Below, in pieces: positions 1-12,100 of a DNA stretch of 64,000 bases; position 1 is the first letter of the stretch, and the number at the start of each line of letters is the position of its first letter. Source of the stretch: Lytechinus pictus (Eukaryota). The position numbers and the translations under genes were made by a program. The notes below the pieces were generated by a model. That model was not told the DNA's origin. It worked only from the letters and a program-made list of their open reading frames with translations, and made no database searches. The DNA lies in NCBI RefSeq assembly GCF_037042905.1, contig NC_087249.1:44888001-44952000 (forward strand), given 5' to 3'.

Positions 1-217
1 GCCAACAGTTCTCTTTTCTTCTTCAGTATTTTATGCTTTTAGAAGTAGGGGGATACAAGTACTGCAGGTTTAATGAATAATAATGCAAATACTCTTATAT
101 CCCAAAATGCTGCAATTCTTTTTACGGGATGTTTTTCCTTTTGTATTTACCAATGTGTATTGAGTGAGTATGCATTGATATGAGTGAACTTCATCTACCC
201 CCCACCCCTTAAACTAG

Positions 218-390
218 TGCGTTCAGTGAAGGTGGAGTCATCAGTAGTAGCGAGGTCATTACCTACTGCAGTACCAGAAGGCCCTCTCCTACGTGAGGCC
301 ATGAGGACACCACGTACCCCAAGGGGCAAGGCTCAGATGTCACCTAGGTTCTACCCTGTTATGAAGGAAACCAAGCCCATTGATAACAAG
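218..390 (+). CDS. LARP1: LARP1 internal exon (acceptor could alternatively be 227)
   Basis: [29 protein letters not shown]; donor AAG|GTGAG at 390/391. Confidence 0.85.
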
Positions 391-529
391 GTGAGATCAC
401 TGACCATTTGGAGGCTGTAGAGGTGTTGTGGATCAGTGGATAAGTCTCCAAACTTTGAACCGCAAGGTCTGGGGTTCGAATCCCTCCGCAGCAGTCGCAT
501 CCTTTTGCTAGGCGTTCATCTATATATAT

Positions 530-563
<34 letters not shown>

Positions 564-3500
564 ATACATTTGCTGCTCTCCACCCAGGTGTAGTAAATGG
601 GGACCCTGTAGGAAGAAAATCCTCGAATGCTCGAGCATCCAATCAGGATAGCCTTACTAAAGCAGGGGTAATAGTATGCACGCTTGGAAACATTTGTATG
701 AAGCGCGATATGAATGTTGCATATTATTATCATTATTATTTAAAGAGACGGATTAGTTCCTTCTTTTTAATCATAATCGTCATCAGCCGTGTTCAGCCTG
801 CTGCAAGGCGAAGGCCTCCTCAAGATGGTGCCAAAGGTGCTTGTCTTGTGGTGATGCAATCCACTTTGTGAGCTCTTCATTCCATCTCTTTATCTTTAGT
901 TCTGGGAAATTCCACGGAACGGACAAGAAATTTTAGGCCGTTTTCAAAACATCACACTTCAAAATTTACAGTATTCAAACATTTCTTGATGAGTTTATCA
1001 GATATTTTTTATGTATATCATGAATTTGTAGGCTGATATTTTGAGGTAGAGCTGCGCAGATATGTGGGGAGAGAGAATAAACTGAATGATGTCTTAGAAA
1101 AAGAAATTTGAAGGTGATTCTTGATTCTTTTTTAAACAGGCAGCCAATGTCACTACTTCAGGATTGGCGAGATGGTGTCATAATTTTTAGCATAAGGTCT
1201 CTTTGTTCCCATTTTCTTGGCTGTTAACCCTAACTAGGCCGGGCTTTTTTGGCTGTTCTGTGGCCGGGGGGGGGGGGGGGGGTGGGGGGGGGGTTGATTC
1301 AATCCCCCCCCTGAGATCTCGGCCGCCGATCGCGCGAGCGCCGCAAAAGTTTGCAAGCTGGTAGTGTGCGATGTAATCTACAAGGCTGTATGGTAAAATT
1401 TTCCAAAATAATGAGATTTTATTTTATATGAATTAATTATGCTAATTTATGCATAAATTATACTTTTTGCTCTAATTCACTAAATAAAGCTCCTAGAATG
1501 CCAGTTTTTGGTAGAAATATTCTTTGTAGCGTTCTTAACAATGGCAATTGAAAAAAACTTCGGTTTGGAAATCAATTTCTTATGTATTTTATTGTTTTAT
1601 GAATTTCTTATATATTTCTTTGTTTTTCAACCTTTTGTTTTTCTTTGTTTTTTTCACCAGATTTATTGCACAACCTTTTTGAAGCATAATTATGCTAAAA
1701 TCAATTGCTTTCAGCTGTTTAAAGTAAAAATAATCATATCTTTATGAATAAGATGAGAAAACTCAATTTGCATTGACTTTGTACACAAAATCACGTTTTG
1801 GAACAATTTTTGGTCTGACATGCACTTACAAAATGTTGCGTAATTTCGGAACCGTGTACCCGGGCGTCGTAAATTTGATCTCAAAAGATGCGCGAGACTT
1901 AAAAGTATAAACTCTGCGAGTGGCGCGGTCAAAAAATTTAGCGCGGCGGAATGATCGCAGAAAATGTTGAGGGGGGGGTTGATTCAACCCCCCCCCTGCC
2001 ATTTTAGGGTTAAGGTTGACAGGTATGCTGATATTGCTCATTCAAATGTTTAAACCATATTTTTAATAAATTTTTTTCATCTAGACTCCCAGGAAACGCA
2101 AGACAAAGCACAGTGAAGACCCACCTGTCGAGAGCCATGTTGGTTGGGTGTTGGATTCAAGAGAACATATAGCAAGATCCAGGCATGCATCTACAAGGTA
2201 AGCCATGCTTCATCTGTTTAAAAAAAAAGGAAAAGGAAAATAACTTTTTAAGCGCAGTTGTGATCACACAATGATACCTCTGACCATTTGTTTGAGTTTT
2301 CAAAAACTTAGTTCCAAAATATGCAATATAAGATGGCTGCACTTTAACCCTTTCCACGCGTTACTTCGCACCAATGCACATTTGGTGCCACTTTGCAGTT
2401 CACGCTCCAGCAAACAATCCATTGTTTCCCTCCCTGGAAATAATTCAGCACAGAGGAGTTCATGGTCCAGCACACAAAGAGTTAATTACAAATTTTGTCT
2501 GGGGGAGGGCCAATTTGGTTAATCGAGACAAAGCATCCCCACCTGGGTAGAGCCTTGAAGGTGTGGTGTTAGACCGAGGAGAATGCATGGCTTGATCAAT
2601 ACACGTAACCACAAGGAGACTTTCTTCTCTGGGGTGCTTTTTCACAAACAACTTTTTGTGTAGCAGTCTTTAAAAAAAAAAGTGGAGCAAATTGCGATGC
2701 GATACCAGGCAAAATTAGTCCCTGTGAATTCAAGCTTTTCAAAAAATTCAATTGGTGAGTTTGACGAAACTTAACAAGTTTTAAGTGTTAAGAATCCACC
2801 TACGCTCATCTCATTACTATTCGAGTGTTCAATATGGAAATTTTGAGTAGCTTTTAACAGTGGTAATGCTTTCTTTGTTTTCTCTTTCAGTTCACCGTCA
2901 GAGGGTGCACCTATCAGCACCAGCTATGGAACCCCACTCAACTTCCCCAAGTTTGAGCATCCTTCCCATGAGCTCCTCAAAGATAATAACTTCACTCAGC
3001 ATGCTTACCACAAGTACCATCAAAAGTGTCTCAAAGGTATTTTTAAGTTTTCCCAACCTTGATAAAAAAAAACCTTGGGTTTCAAGTTCTGTTCATGATA
3101 TTGAGAGAAAATATCATAAATTGACCTTCATTGTACCATCAAAAGTGTCTTAAAAAGTATTAGTTTGCTAAGCTAAAACTGACATGTAAGGTTTCAAGTT
3201 CTGTTCATGATATCATAGACGATTGACCCTCATTGTTTGGCAAATATTTATCTAGGGGACTGGCTGACACTTCTCCAGGAGATCATTTGTGTGTTACAGT
3301 AGTCCCATGCATCAATATCTGTGTATTTTTTTTTTTTTAATGAGTGTGCAGTGTGTTTCAGATTTGGTAATGGCGTAGGCATTCATTTCTACTTCATGCA
3401 GTTGAAAATCCATCCATTTTGTTCGTACTCTACATCCATTTTGCTATGATTTCTTCTCATTGAACAGTGATGGAACTGATTCTTGTTTAATTCTCAAATT

Positions 3501-5578
3501 AAGTCTTGTAACTTGAGCTTCAATGTAATGTCTATATCTCTTCTAAAGTCTTCATTGAATTCCCTTTTTATTCCCTCAGACCGCAAGAAGCTCGGAATCG
3601 GCAAGTCTCAGGAAATGAACACCCTCTTCCGCTTCTGGTCGTTCTTCCTCCGAACGAACTTCAACAAGAAGATGTACGACGAGTTCAAGAACCTTGCCGT
3701 GGAGGACTCGATGCAGGGCTACCGTTACGGACTAGAGTGTCTCTTTAGGTATTTCAGTTATGGTCTGGAGGTCAAGTTTAGGCCAGATATCTATCAGGAC
3801 TTCCAGACGGAGACATTACGGGATTACGAATCGGGTATGTCTCAAAGCATTGCTATATTTCACTTAATGGAATTTGCTACATTTATACTGGGTATGGACT
3901 CTAAGTTGGCCGGGTGAATCACCCCCTCAACATTTCCTGCGACAATTATGGAAATCAATGTATTATTGACTAAATGGGGCAAATAATACATTTACTTCGA
4001 TGGGGCTAGTTATGCATTCATTAGGTCATTTTTTCTTCAATTATTATGAGATAGAGTCAAAGAGCTAAATATTATTATGATATTGATATGATATTGATGA
4101 TATTATAATACTATGACATTGAATGATTACTATGTAGGGCAACTGTATGGTCTTGAGAAGTTCTGGGCTTACCTGAAGTATTCCCGATTGAGAGAGCTGA
4201 CTACCTTGCCCGAGCTCTCTGAAGCACTCAAGAAGTACAGGACACTTGAAGACTTCAGGGTGGAGGTATGTATGCTTGCTCTGTTCTTGGCAGTTTCTCT
4301 GCATCTTGTGTCCTATCTTGATAAAATTTCTTCAAAATGTTAGTTATGCATGATTTTCAGAACAGCTGGTGACCCTTTTGTGATGAATAGGGAGATTACG
4401 CAACAGCTACGCAGATGCTTTCTAGAACATAGAGTATCTGTTGTCAAATGCCCTTCATGACAAAGAACTCTTTGTCGAGGGTCATTGAATTGAAATGGCA
4501 GCTTCGTCTCACTCTGGACTCTGGATATTTGTGATTTCTAGTCAGCTCAGAAACATTCAATTCAATTCAATTCAATAATGGTTTATCAAAAACATGCCTC
4601 GCAGCCAAAGGCTGAATAAAAACATGTGTACAATTTACAACAATAGAATAATACTCAAATACAAACATGAAATGATATAAAATTACTAGTACTTCTTATT
4701 ATAATACAAGGAAATAAATTGTTGAAAGTAAATAAAATCATACATTGTATTGAACATAATAAATATTAAGTATGCAAATTCTAACCACTACAATGAGGCA
4801 CATTGTACATGCATGAATGAAAAGTATTAGAAAAAAAAGATGGGGAAGGATAAAGACGGCATAGGGAGACAGACAGAGAAAAGGTGAGTAAGGGGAAAGG
4901 GTAATTAAAAGGAGATATAGGTAGAAAGTACAGAGAGGATTGGGCCTGAAAGATGAAGAAAGTAGTGGCGAAGATTGAAAACAAACAAAAGCATGCATGT
5001 ATGACAACAAATTAAGTACAGAGTACACTGAGTGAGGCAAGGCGGTATAGAATGAGGATGACTATCTTAGCAAATAAAGACAACTATATCTATCATATCT
5101 TCCGGGGGGGGGGGGGGGTCAACAAACCGATCCTGGATGAAGATTTGCATTTTCAATGTATTCCTGCGTTGTAGGATTCATTCTGTGTTGCTGAGCGAAA
5201 ACTTGTTATTGATGTACCACAAATACCCCAAAACAGATTTATCCGCCGTGAGGACCACAGAAATCGGTTGGGTTTGGATGAAATGATTTAAATAACCCAT
5301 GTTTCGTATAATCTTACATGAAATTTTTTTTTACTTTGGCAATTATTCAACTTCTAGAAGGTTAAGTTGAGCAGACTCTGCTCTATTTAAAATCACATGT
5401 GTACTGTTTTCTATATTGTCCTTTGCAGCCCCCTATCAGTGAGAACAAGAAGTCCGGTGGATCCGGGGACGCCAAGAAGTCCAAGTCCAGTCGAAGTAGA
5501 CAACAGTCCACATCCGACCAATCAGAACAGCAGAGCAATCTGGAATCTCAGGGTGCTGTCGGGGGAGCGGAAGAATGA
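218..5578 (+). CDS. LARP1: La-related protein 1 (LARP1/LARP1B family), 3' part of a multi-exon gene. join(218..390,2085..2197,2891..3036,3580..3834,4138..4265,5429..5578); 5' exons lie upstream of the window
   Basis: Spliced translation [25 protein letters not shown] / [28 protein letters not shown] / [10 protein letters not shown] / [42 protein letters not shown] / [16 protein letters not shown] matches the LARP1 C-terminal DM15 region. All introns are GT-AG with compatible phases. Confidence 0.95.
419..740 (+). mobile_element. tRNA-derived SINE (DeuSINE/Nin-like core) interrupted by a (TA)n microsatellite
   Basis: A-box TGGATCAGTGG, B-box GGTTCGAATCC, core CTCTCCACCCAGGTGTAGTAAATGGG, (ATT)n tail; (TA)n at about 521-567. 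Confidence 0.75.
773..900 (-). mobile_element. RTE-like LINE 3' remnant
   Basis: Minus strand translates ..[15 protein letters not shown] followed by a (TGA)n tail, typical of RTE C-termini. Confidence 0.5.
1228..2009. mobile_element. piggyBac-like non-autonomous element
   Basis: TTAA|CCCT...AGGG|TTAA with subterminal GGGGGTTGATTCAA(T/C)CCCCC hairpins; related copies at 55783-56414 and 62037-~62660. Confidence 0.8.
2085..2197 (+). CDS. LARP1: LARP1 internal exon
   Basis: [28 protein letters not shown]; ctag| acceptor, |gtaag donor. Confidence 0.92.
2891..3036 (+). CDS. LARP1: LARP1 internal exon (start of DM15 region)
   Basis: [37 protein letters not shown]; tttcag| acceptor, |gtatt donor. 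Confidence 0.92.
3580..3834 (+). CDS. LARP1: LARP1 DM15 exon
   Basis: [53 protein letters not shown]. Confidence 0.95.
4138..4265 (+). CDS. LARP1: LARP1 DM15 exon
   Basis: [26 protein letters not shown]; |gtatg donor. Confidence 0.93.
4555..5060 (-). mobile_element. Probable LINE (CR1/L2-type) 3'UTR remnant
   Basis: (TTCAA)n on + (a TTGAA tail on -) followed by purine-rich sequence. Confidence 0.35.
5429..5578 (+). CDS. LARP1: LARP1 last coding exon
   Basis: ttgcag| then [20 protein letters not shown]. The leading PP matches the conserved DFRV(D/E)PP junction. TGA at 5576-5578. Confidence 0.82.
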   Translation, partial: PPISENKKSGGSGDAKKSKSSRSRQQSTSDQSEQQSNLESQGAVGGAEE

Positions 5579-8263
5579 ATGCCTCTTCTCGACCCCCCTG
5601 CAGGATTCAAATGCTTCGTATGGTACTAGAACATTGTTACACAGCAGTAAAGCATCTAGATGGCCATGTTGTCATTGAGGGATGTGGATTATGCCATTTG
5701 TGATTTGATGGGCCATTGAGCTTGCAGCATTGTGAATCGTCTGTGGCATGCTTGTTGGTAGGAACAGACACTCTGAAGTGGAGTCATTCAGTTTGCATGG
5801 GGTTTGGGCCCGGAAGGCATCAACTCTTGGACCAGTTGTGCAACTTGCTGTCCTCAACCACGGATTACTAAGGATTTCTAAGGATAACGTGCTCGATTTC
5901 ATAGCGCTGTGTTGTAAACCTACACGAAAACTAGGTATCTGGGAATGAATCATCGCAGATATTGAGTTTTTCCGCCATGGATATCGAAGAGCATCAAGCC
6001 CCTCTATGGATCATTGTATCATTACTGGTCAGGAGGTCATCTGCTTCCATGAATTTATACCCTGGCTATACTGACCAGTCGGGCATCACCATGAGTTAGG
6101 AGGCGTTCGGTGTTTTCCTTCCTACGATGTTTAACAGTTGCCATGACACCCTCTCTATAGTTCGGTGGTTCCAAGTTTTGTGTTAGTGCTGGCGTTAGAA
6201 CTTAGAAGCACAATATAGATGCCTTTCCCCGTCTCTAAACCCGATGTGAGTGTACAACAATGGTCTAAATCACATTAATGGTAGCCCAACGCCTGGTGAG
6301 ATTTGGCTCCTAACACAAAGTTTAGCGATTGATCATACGTCTTATTCCCACGCTTGATTGTACACAATGACCATTGTAATAAATCATTAAAGTCAGAATG
6401 GCGATCAATCACTAATCTCTATGAAACACCTCATGGTATCTCGAGAGATACTGCTCTGTTCTTTAGCTTGGGGCTAGCTTCTATTTTTCTTACTTCACTG
6501 TCGATTTTCATTGGAATAAACGGAATGATTAGCAAGACGTGTTACCTAGTATAATTCTTGGATGTTGCTTACATGGTGTAACTGTCTTCTTCTTTCAAGC
6601 CTTACCATAATGATGGAATGAATGCATATGACCCTGCTCATTCTAATGAATCCTTGGAATGCTTGTAACCTTATGTTTGCCAAAAATAGTTAGCACCTCT
6701 GTATCGCCCCCTATTGGAGTCAAAATATGTTGGGTGTTTTCCTCAGGGTCCCTGTTCTTGAAGGATGTGTGAATATAGTTCTTTGCCCTTTTTATGGCAA
6801 CCAGTATGGCAGCATGGCTGAGCAGCAAATCGGACTCCACCAGGTTGCCAGGACAATAACCATAACCACAAAGTTACTGAAATCACAGGTCTCATGAAAC
6901 AGGGGCCTTTCATAAAGATTTACAGCTATGGTAATTTTACCACTATAGTGTCTACCATGGAAACTTTTATTGTACCGGTAATTGACTGTTGAGCCCCGTT
7001 ACCATGGTAGTTACCATAATGGCAAAGTAGCCATAGTTGTAACTGTTTGAAACCGGTGCCAGAACCAGTTCTTAATCGCGAGATGGTGCAAAGTTATTTC
7101 TGAAATGATATAACAAATGTAGATTTCCAACAGCAATAAGTGACACTGTTTGTTTGGGGGGGGGGATGGTTTTCAGGAATGTCTTTTATCTATCCTTTCA
7201 AGTGGATCGAATTGAGTGGTTTTGATCAAAATAGATTTAGTAAATGAGATCGGGTTCTGTTTAAGGTCTGTTCAACTTCCACCCTCTTTAGGGCTGCCAA
7301 ATTTTGTAGTTGATATGATCAAGTTCTCAGTTGAAATTGACTTTTTATATTAGTACCCTATTCCCTCTTGATATATGCTAAAAAGTACTTTCTTAAGCAC
7401 AAGTATAAGTAATTATATTTGTTTTGTCCTTGACATTGTCCGTCAATATATATTTATCTATTTGTAGACTTTTATTATGCTGCATTTCGTGTTCAGTTCA
7501 CAATATTTTTACTTGCTTCTATCTTAATAGTTATGTAACATGTTTTTAAAAATGTATGGCAGTGGTCGAGAAGAGTTTAGATGTGACTCAAAGTTCCTTT
7601 TAAGTTCTTAGATGAGTGTGGCATGTTACACATCACCATATTGGTCAGATTGTATTTGGGGGGATGCGGACCTCTGCGCGGTCGTATGTGAAAAAATGTG
7701 TTACACACATGTGTATTGGCATCTTTGCGCGAACTCAAGCCACATTATTTTCATGACACAAAGCTTAGATTGATGGAACATTCGATTTGTTAGATTGCTT
7801 GTTCGTAATGATGGAAACAATCATAATGATTAATCCTATGTAACCGTACGATCAATCCAGGAGCTTTGTGTTCCATGACCATGGTGATGCTCAGAATTGT
7901 CGGATAAAAGTTTGAAGATTAGATATATTGAAATGACACTTATACACAAAAAAGTCTGCGCCATGCCCATGTCCTAAGGCTGGAATCCCACCTTGAAGGC
8001 ACTAAGCATCTTTCACTGTGACTTTCCTGCATTTCCCATTGTTATGTCGATGATGAAGTGCAAGGATTAGCGATGAAGAGCTGCTTGCAGGATTCCCGCT
8101 AGAAAGGCCCAGCACAGGATTTTGATAAGGTGCCTCTAAGATAAAGCATATGTCAATATATTTTTGATAAAATGTGATTAAACCTGAGAATGGATATAGT
8201 AGAAAAATTCTCATTTGTTCCTAGTCTCAAATGCTGTAGGGTATTGCCACCATTTGCAAAAGT

Positions 8264-8644
8264 TTAAGACCACCTCCTGAAACTTTGTGTGTATGGCACA
8301 TGTATATCATTGTATTATACTGCTATAGTTTCTTTAAATTCGGCCTATTATATTTTGGTGTCGATAGTGTGATTGATCTCAATGGTTGAATGGAAATTAG
8401 TTTAAAGAAATTTGCCCAATACCTTGACTAATTTTGTTTTCAAAAGTATTTTTACTTCAAAATCATGTTTTTTTAACGAAAGGAATAGTCAAGCTACTGG
8501 ACAATTAAACCAATCTCCCTTTTACCATTCAAATAAGACACAGAACACCATTGAATAATAATAGGTCAGTTTTTAATGAAATTCTTACAGTATATTACAA
8601 TTATATTCAAGCACTATACACATACATTTTTTCAGGTGGACTTA
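8264..8644. mobile_element. Degenerate TTAA-flanked foldback element
   Basis: TTAAGACCACCT...AGGTGGACTTAA with long imperfect inverted arms. Confidence 0.5.
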
Positions 8645-8912
8645 AAAATTATGGTATTTTATTTTGAAGCAGTTTTTCAGTTACTAAAAGACTAATGAAA
8701 GAAAAATTAAGTCGGTCATCTTTGATTAAAAAAAATTCTTATATAGAGAAAGCAGAGAAATTTTAAAGAAAACCACCTGAAGCTCTGTCGTAATGTTTTA
8801 GATACCCGGATAAATGATTATGATATTTGTAAACTTATTCCTGTAATTGGTCATCATGCTTCTCATTTTCTTGTTGATGAAACTCACTATGGTAGAGGTA
8901 GTAGTATAAGAC

Positions 8913-9160
8913 ATATTGTGGCTGGGCTGATAAAACCTCGTAACTCAAAATTTAAAATTTTTGGGAAGGCTGTAAGTCAAAAAATCTAGCAATGGTGGCA
9001 GTCTCATGTCTGAAAACAGTCTCCTGATACCTGTGAAGAACTCTTTCCAGACAAAAGAAGGTTGCTACCCGCGTTTTAACTCTCAAATCCAGCTTATTCT
9101 GATCTGTCATCAAAATATTTAAATTTTGAGATGCAATGTTTTATCAGCCCAGCCGCGATA
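8913..9160. mobile_element. MITE (inverted arms of about 55 bp)
   Basis: ATATTGTGGCTGGGCTGATAAAAC..CTCAAAATTTAAA / TTTAAATTTTGAG..GTTTTATCAGCCCAGCCGCGATAT. Confidence 0.65.
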
Positions 9161-12100
9161 TGCTACTTTGCATCTCATGTTTAAGAATAACAGATGCAAA
9201 CAAAAAACCCATGATTTTTATGCTGTCTCTATGTATGATGACAAAAAGTATTGTTTCTTTACCTTTTCTTTTTACTGGCCTTGATAATGTTTAATTTTCT
9301 TCTCTGGGTGTGATTGTAAATATAAATTTATACGCATATAAAAAAGAGATATTATCGGACAATTTTAGTTCACGCCTCTAAGATGCACTTAGTACATGTA
9401 TGTGTCCACTATGTGGAAGTATATTAGCCAATTGCTTAAATGTCTTGAAAACTTATATCACGTTAAAACATTCCCTTGAACACTTGTAGTACAATATTTT
9501 TGTAGTGTCTAGCTTTTACAGACTCGAGTTTTCATATAATATGCTTTCATTTTCATGGTATTTTAACTTTTGAAAGCTTTTACTTGCTTGAGGTCTTCTT
9601 ACTGGTATTCATAGATGCATATCTTATTTTCATCTCATCGAAATCAGAAATTCTTTGATTTTAGAGTTGAGTAGTGGGGAAGGAGTTTGAAGTTAATTGG
9701 TCATTATGTTCACAAATTTACAAACTTTTTTTCATTTTAAATGGGTATTATATCCAGATTAAATTTTGCATTTTAACATTTTATGCAATAATATATTATT
9801 TCTTTTAATAATGAGCCTGCAAAATAGCATAGTTATGTTAAAATTTCATGTTAAAATCCTCTAGCTGTAGAAAATTTACAGCTTTTTTTTTTAGGAATAG
9901 ATATGAAAGTCAAACCCTGTTTTTAAATTGATTTTGGTAAAAAATAACCTATAAATGGTTGTGTGTCTATTTCATCTAGAGGTTAAAGCACCTCAAAAGA
10001 AGTCCTTCTAAATTAATAATTTTGATATTCTAATGAGATTTTTCCCAAAAAAATGCACGTGATATATATTCAAGAGAAATAAATGAAAGGAGGGGCTTTT
10101 TAATTCTACATTTCATTTTTTTTTTGGCCCAATATTTCATCCATTTCAGCTTTGATAAGTATCTTTATTGGGGTGTTTTAAGTAAAACTAAAAATTAATT
10201 TGCCTTGTTGCATAAGGCTGCAGATATAAAGGTAAAATATCAGCATATTTGATGATTTTCTTTTTCTCTTTATGAAGTTCAAATTTTTAACAGGTAAGGG
10301 AACCACAAAAAAATATGAAAATATAAAAAAACTTAACAAAAAGAGGGATGATTCGAAATATGATGTGCATAGTGTATATAATGCAGAATGTCTAAATTAT
10401 GTAATTATTCGTTTAGAAATTATGTTATGGTTTGAATACCTGCAACCAATTTACTTGTTAGTGTACATGTAGGTGCGGAATATTTGACAGTATTTTATCC
10501 ACAAAGTGAGAGAAGAATTTATGAGGAAAAAAAACTACAATGGAGTGATGTATGAACATTTGCCTTGCATGATTGATTATATATTGAATTCTTAAAGAAG
10601 TATTTTGAACTTTTTACATCTTCCTAATTTACAAGACTTGTATTTTTCTGTAAATATGCTTTTCTGGGAATGATTTTACCATACGTTTCTTTGGATGGCA
10701 AGTTGGAGATTTTTTTGATGTTTGAGTATAGTATAGTTTTTCTCTTATCCGTTTTAACATTTTAAATCCTTTATCATGTATGGGGAATATATTTTTGAAG
10801 AAAAAAGTGATCACATATTGTTTGTTTGAAATGTAATTGCTTTAAAAATGAAAATGAGTTGTCTTTATGCACTGTTGGAAAGTATGTGTAGTAAAAAAAA
10901 AAAACAGGAAAAAAAAATGCAGAAAAAGTTGGACACAAATAAGACTGGACTCGTGACTTATATATGATATAATAATTAGGAATGATTGATAAGGTTTGTT
11001 TATCAATTCATATGAATTCATTGTTTCTATTTCAACATCAGATCATGGTTTATCTGTTAATTACCCATTATTCTGTTTTCTTTGATACCTTGTGCTGACA
11101 TCATTTATTACTCTTTATTAAACTTTATTCTCTGTGATATTTCTCCTTCCACTTTCATACATATATTTTATACTGTGCAATGGTGTATGTGATATTCACT
11201 GATACATTGTATATGTGGCAGTTATCTCACATTTATGCCCGAGAGTAATAAGAATTATGATTATACTTGTTTAGTATAGCGCCTAAAACTTTGTAGCCAC
11301 TAGCCAGTAATGCTTGGCAATAATGAGCAATTTTGTTGAGGCAAGAAAATTCATTTCTAACACAATAACAAATGAAGTATTGTATTATATTTAAGATTCA
11401 ATTTTTGAAGTACCGGTAGAGGTTTGACACACACACACACACAAAAATTATTTCTGATGACTGTAAGAGAATGACATGGAAAAAACCCTGGCATTTGGTA
11501 GAATTCCATGCTTATTTTGCGCATTTCTAAGCAATTACATGTACACATTTTCTTCCAGAGCCATTTGGCACATAATTTTTTTATTTATACATGCAAACAC
11601 TTAGGTGGTCATTTCATTTGATTCTGTTCGAACTCATTTTGAGATCGTTACCCAAATTGACATTTTCTTCAAATGAGTCTTAAAAGAAGAGTTGATATAG
11701 AAATGAACAAAAGCACACTAGAATTTGATGCTAATAGCAATTTTCATTGTTGTGTGAATCCTTTTTATCAAAGCCGGGTCCTGTTTCACAAAGACATGTT
11801 ATAATAACAAATGCATCATTTCTATAAGAAATGTACTATAAGCCAATCAGATTGAAGGATTTCAGTAGCTTTTAGTTTTATGAAACAGACCACTGGTCAT
11901 CTATTGTAACTTTCATTTGAACATAGTTGAAAAGTAGGTTAGAATTGTTCATCTGTGTTTAATCAATCTGTGTTCATAAAATAGTTTTTCATGTGTGTGC
12001 CTTTCTCAGATTTCATCAAACTTCATTTCAAACCAGGGTCGTGGATGTAATATGAGATGGAAAATGTTTTGCTTTTTTCTTTTTCCATCATCCATTAATG

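Noticed and set aside
419-495. Possible tRNA gene
   Set aside because: It is the tRNA-like head of a SINE, followed by the SINE core and tail.
1508-2041. Short ORFs inside the piggyBac-like element (and in other MITEs)
   Set aside because: No transposase motifs; chance ORFs in AT-rich non-autonomous elements.
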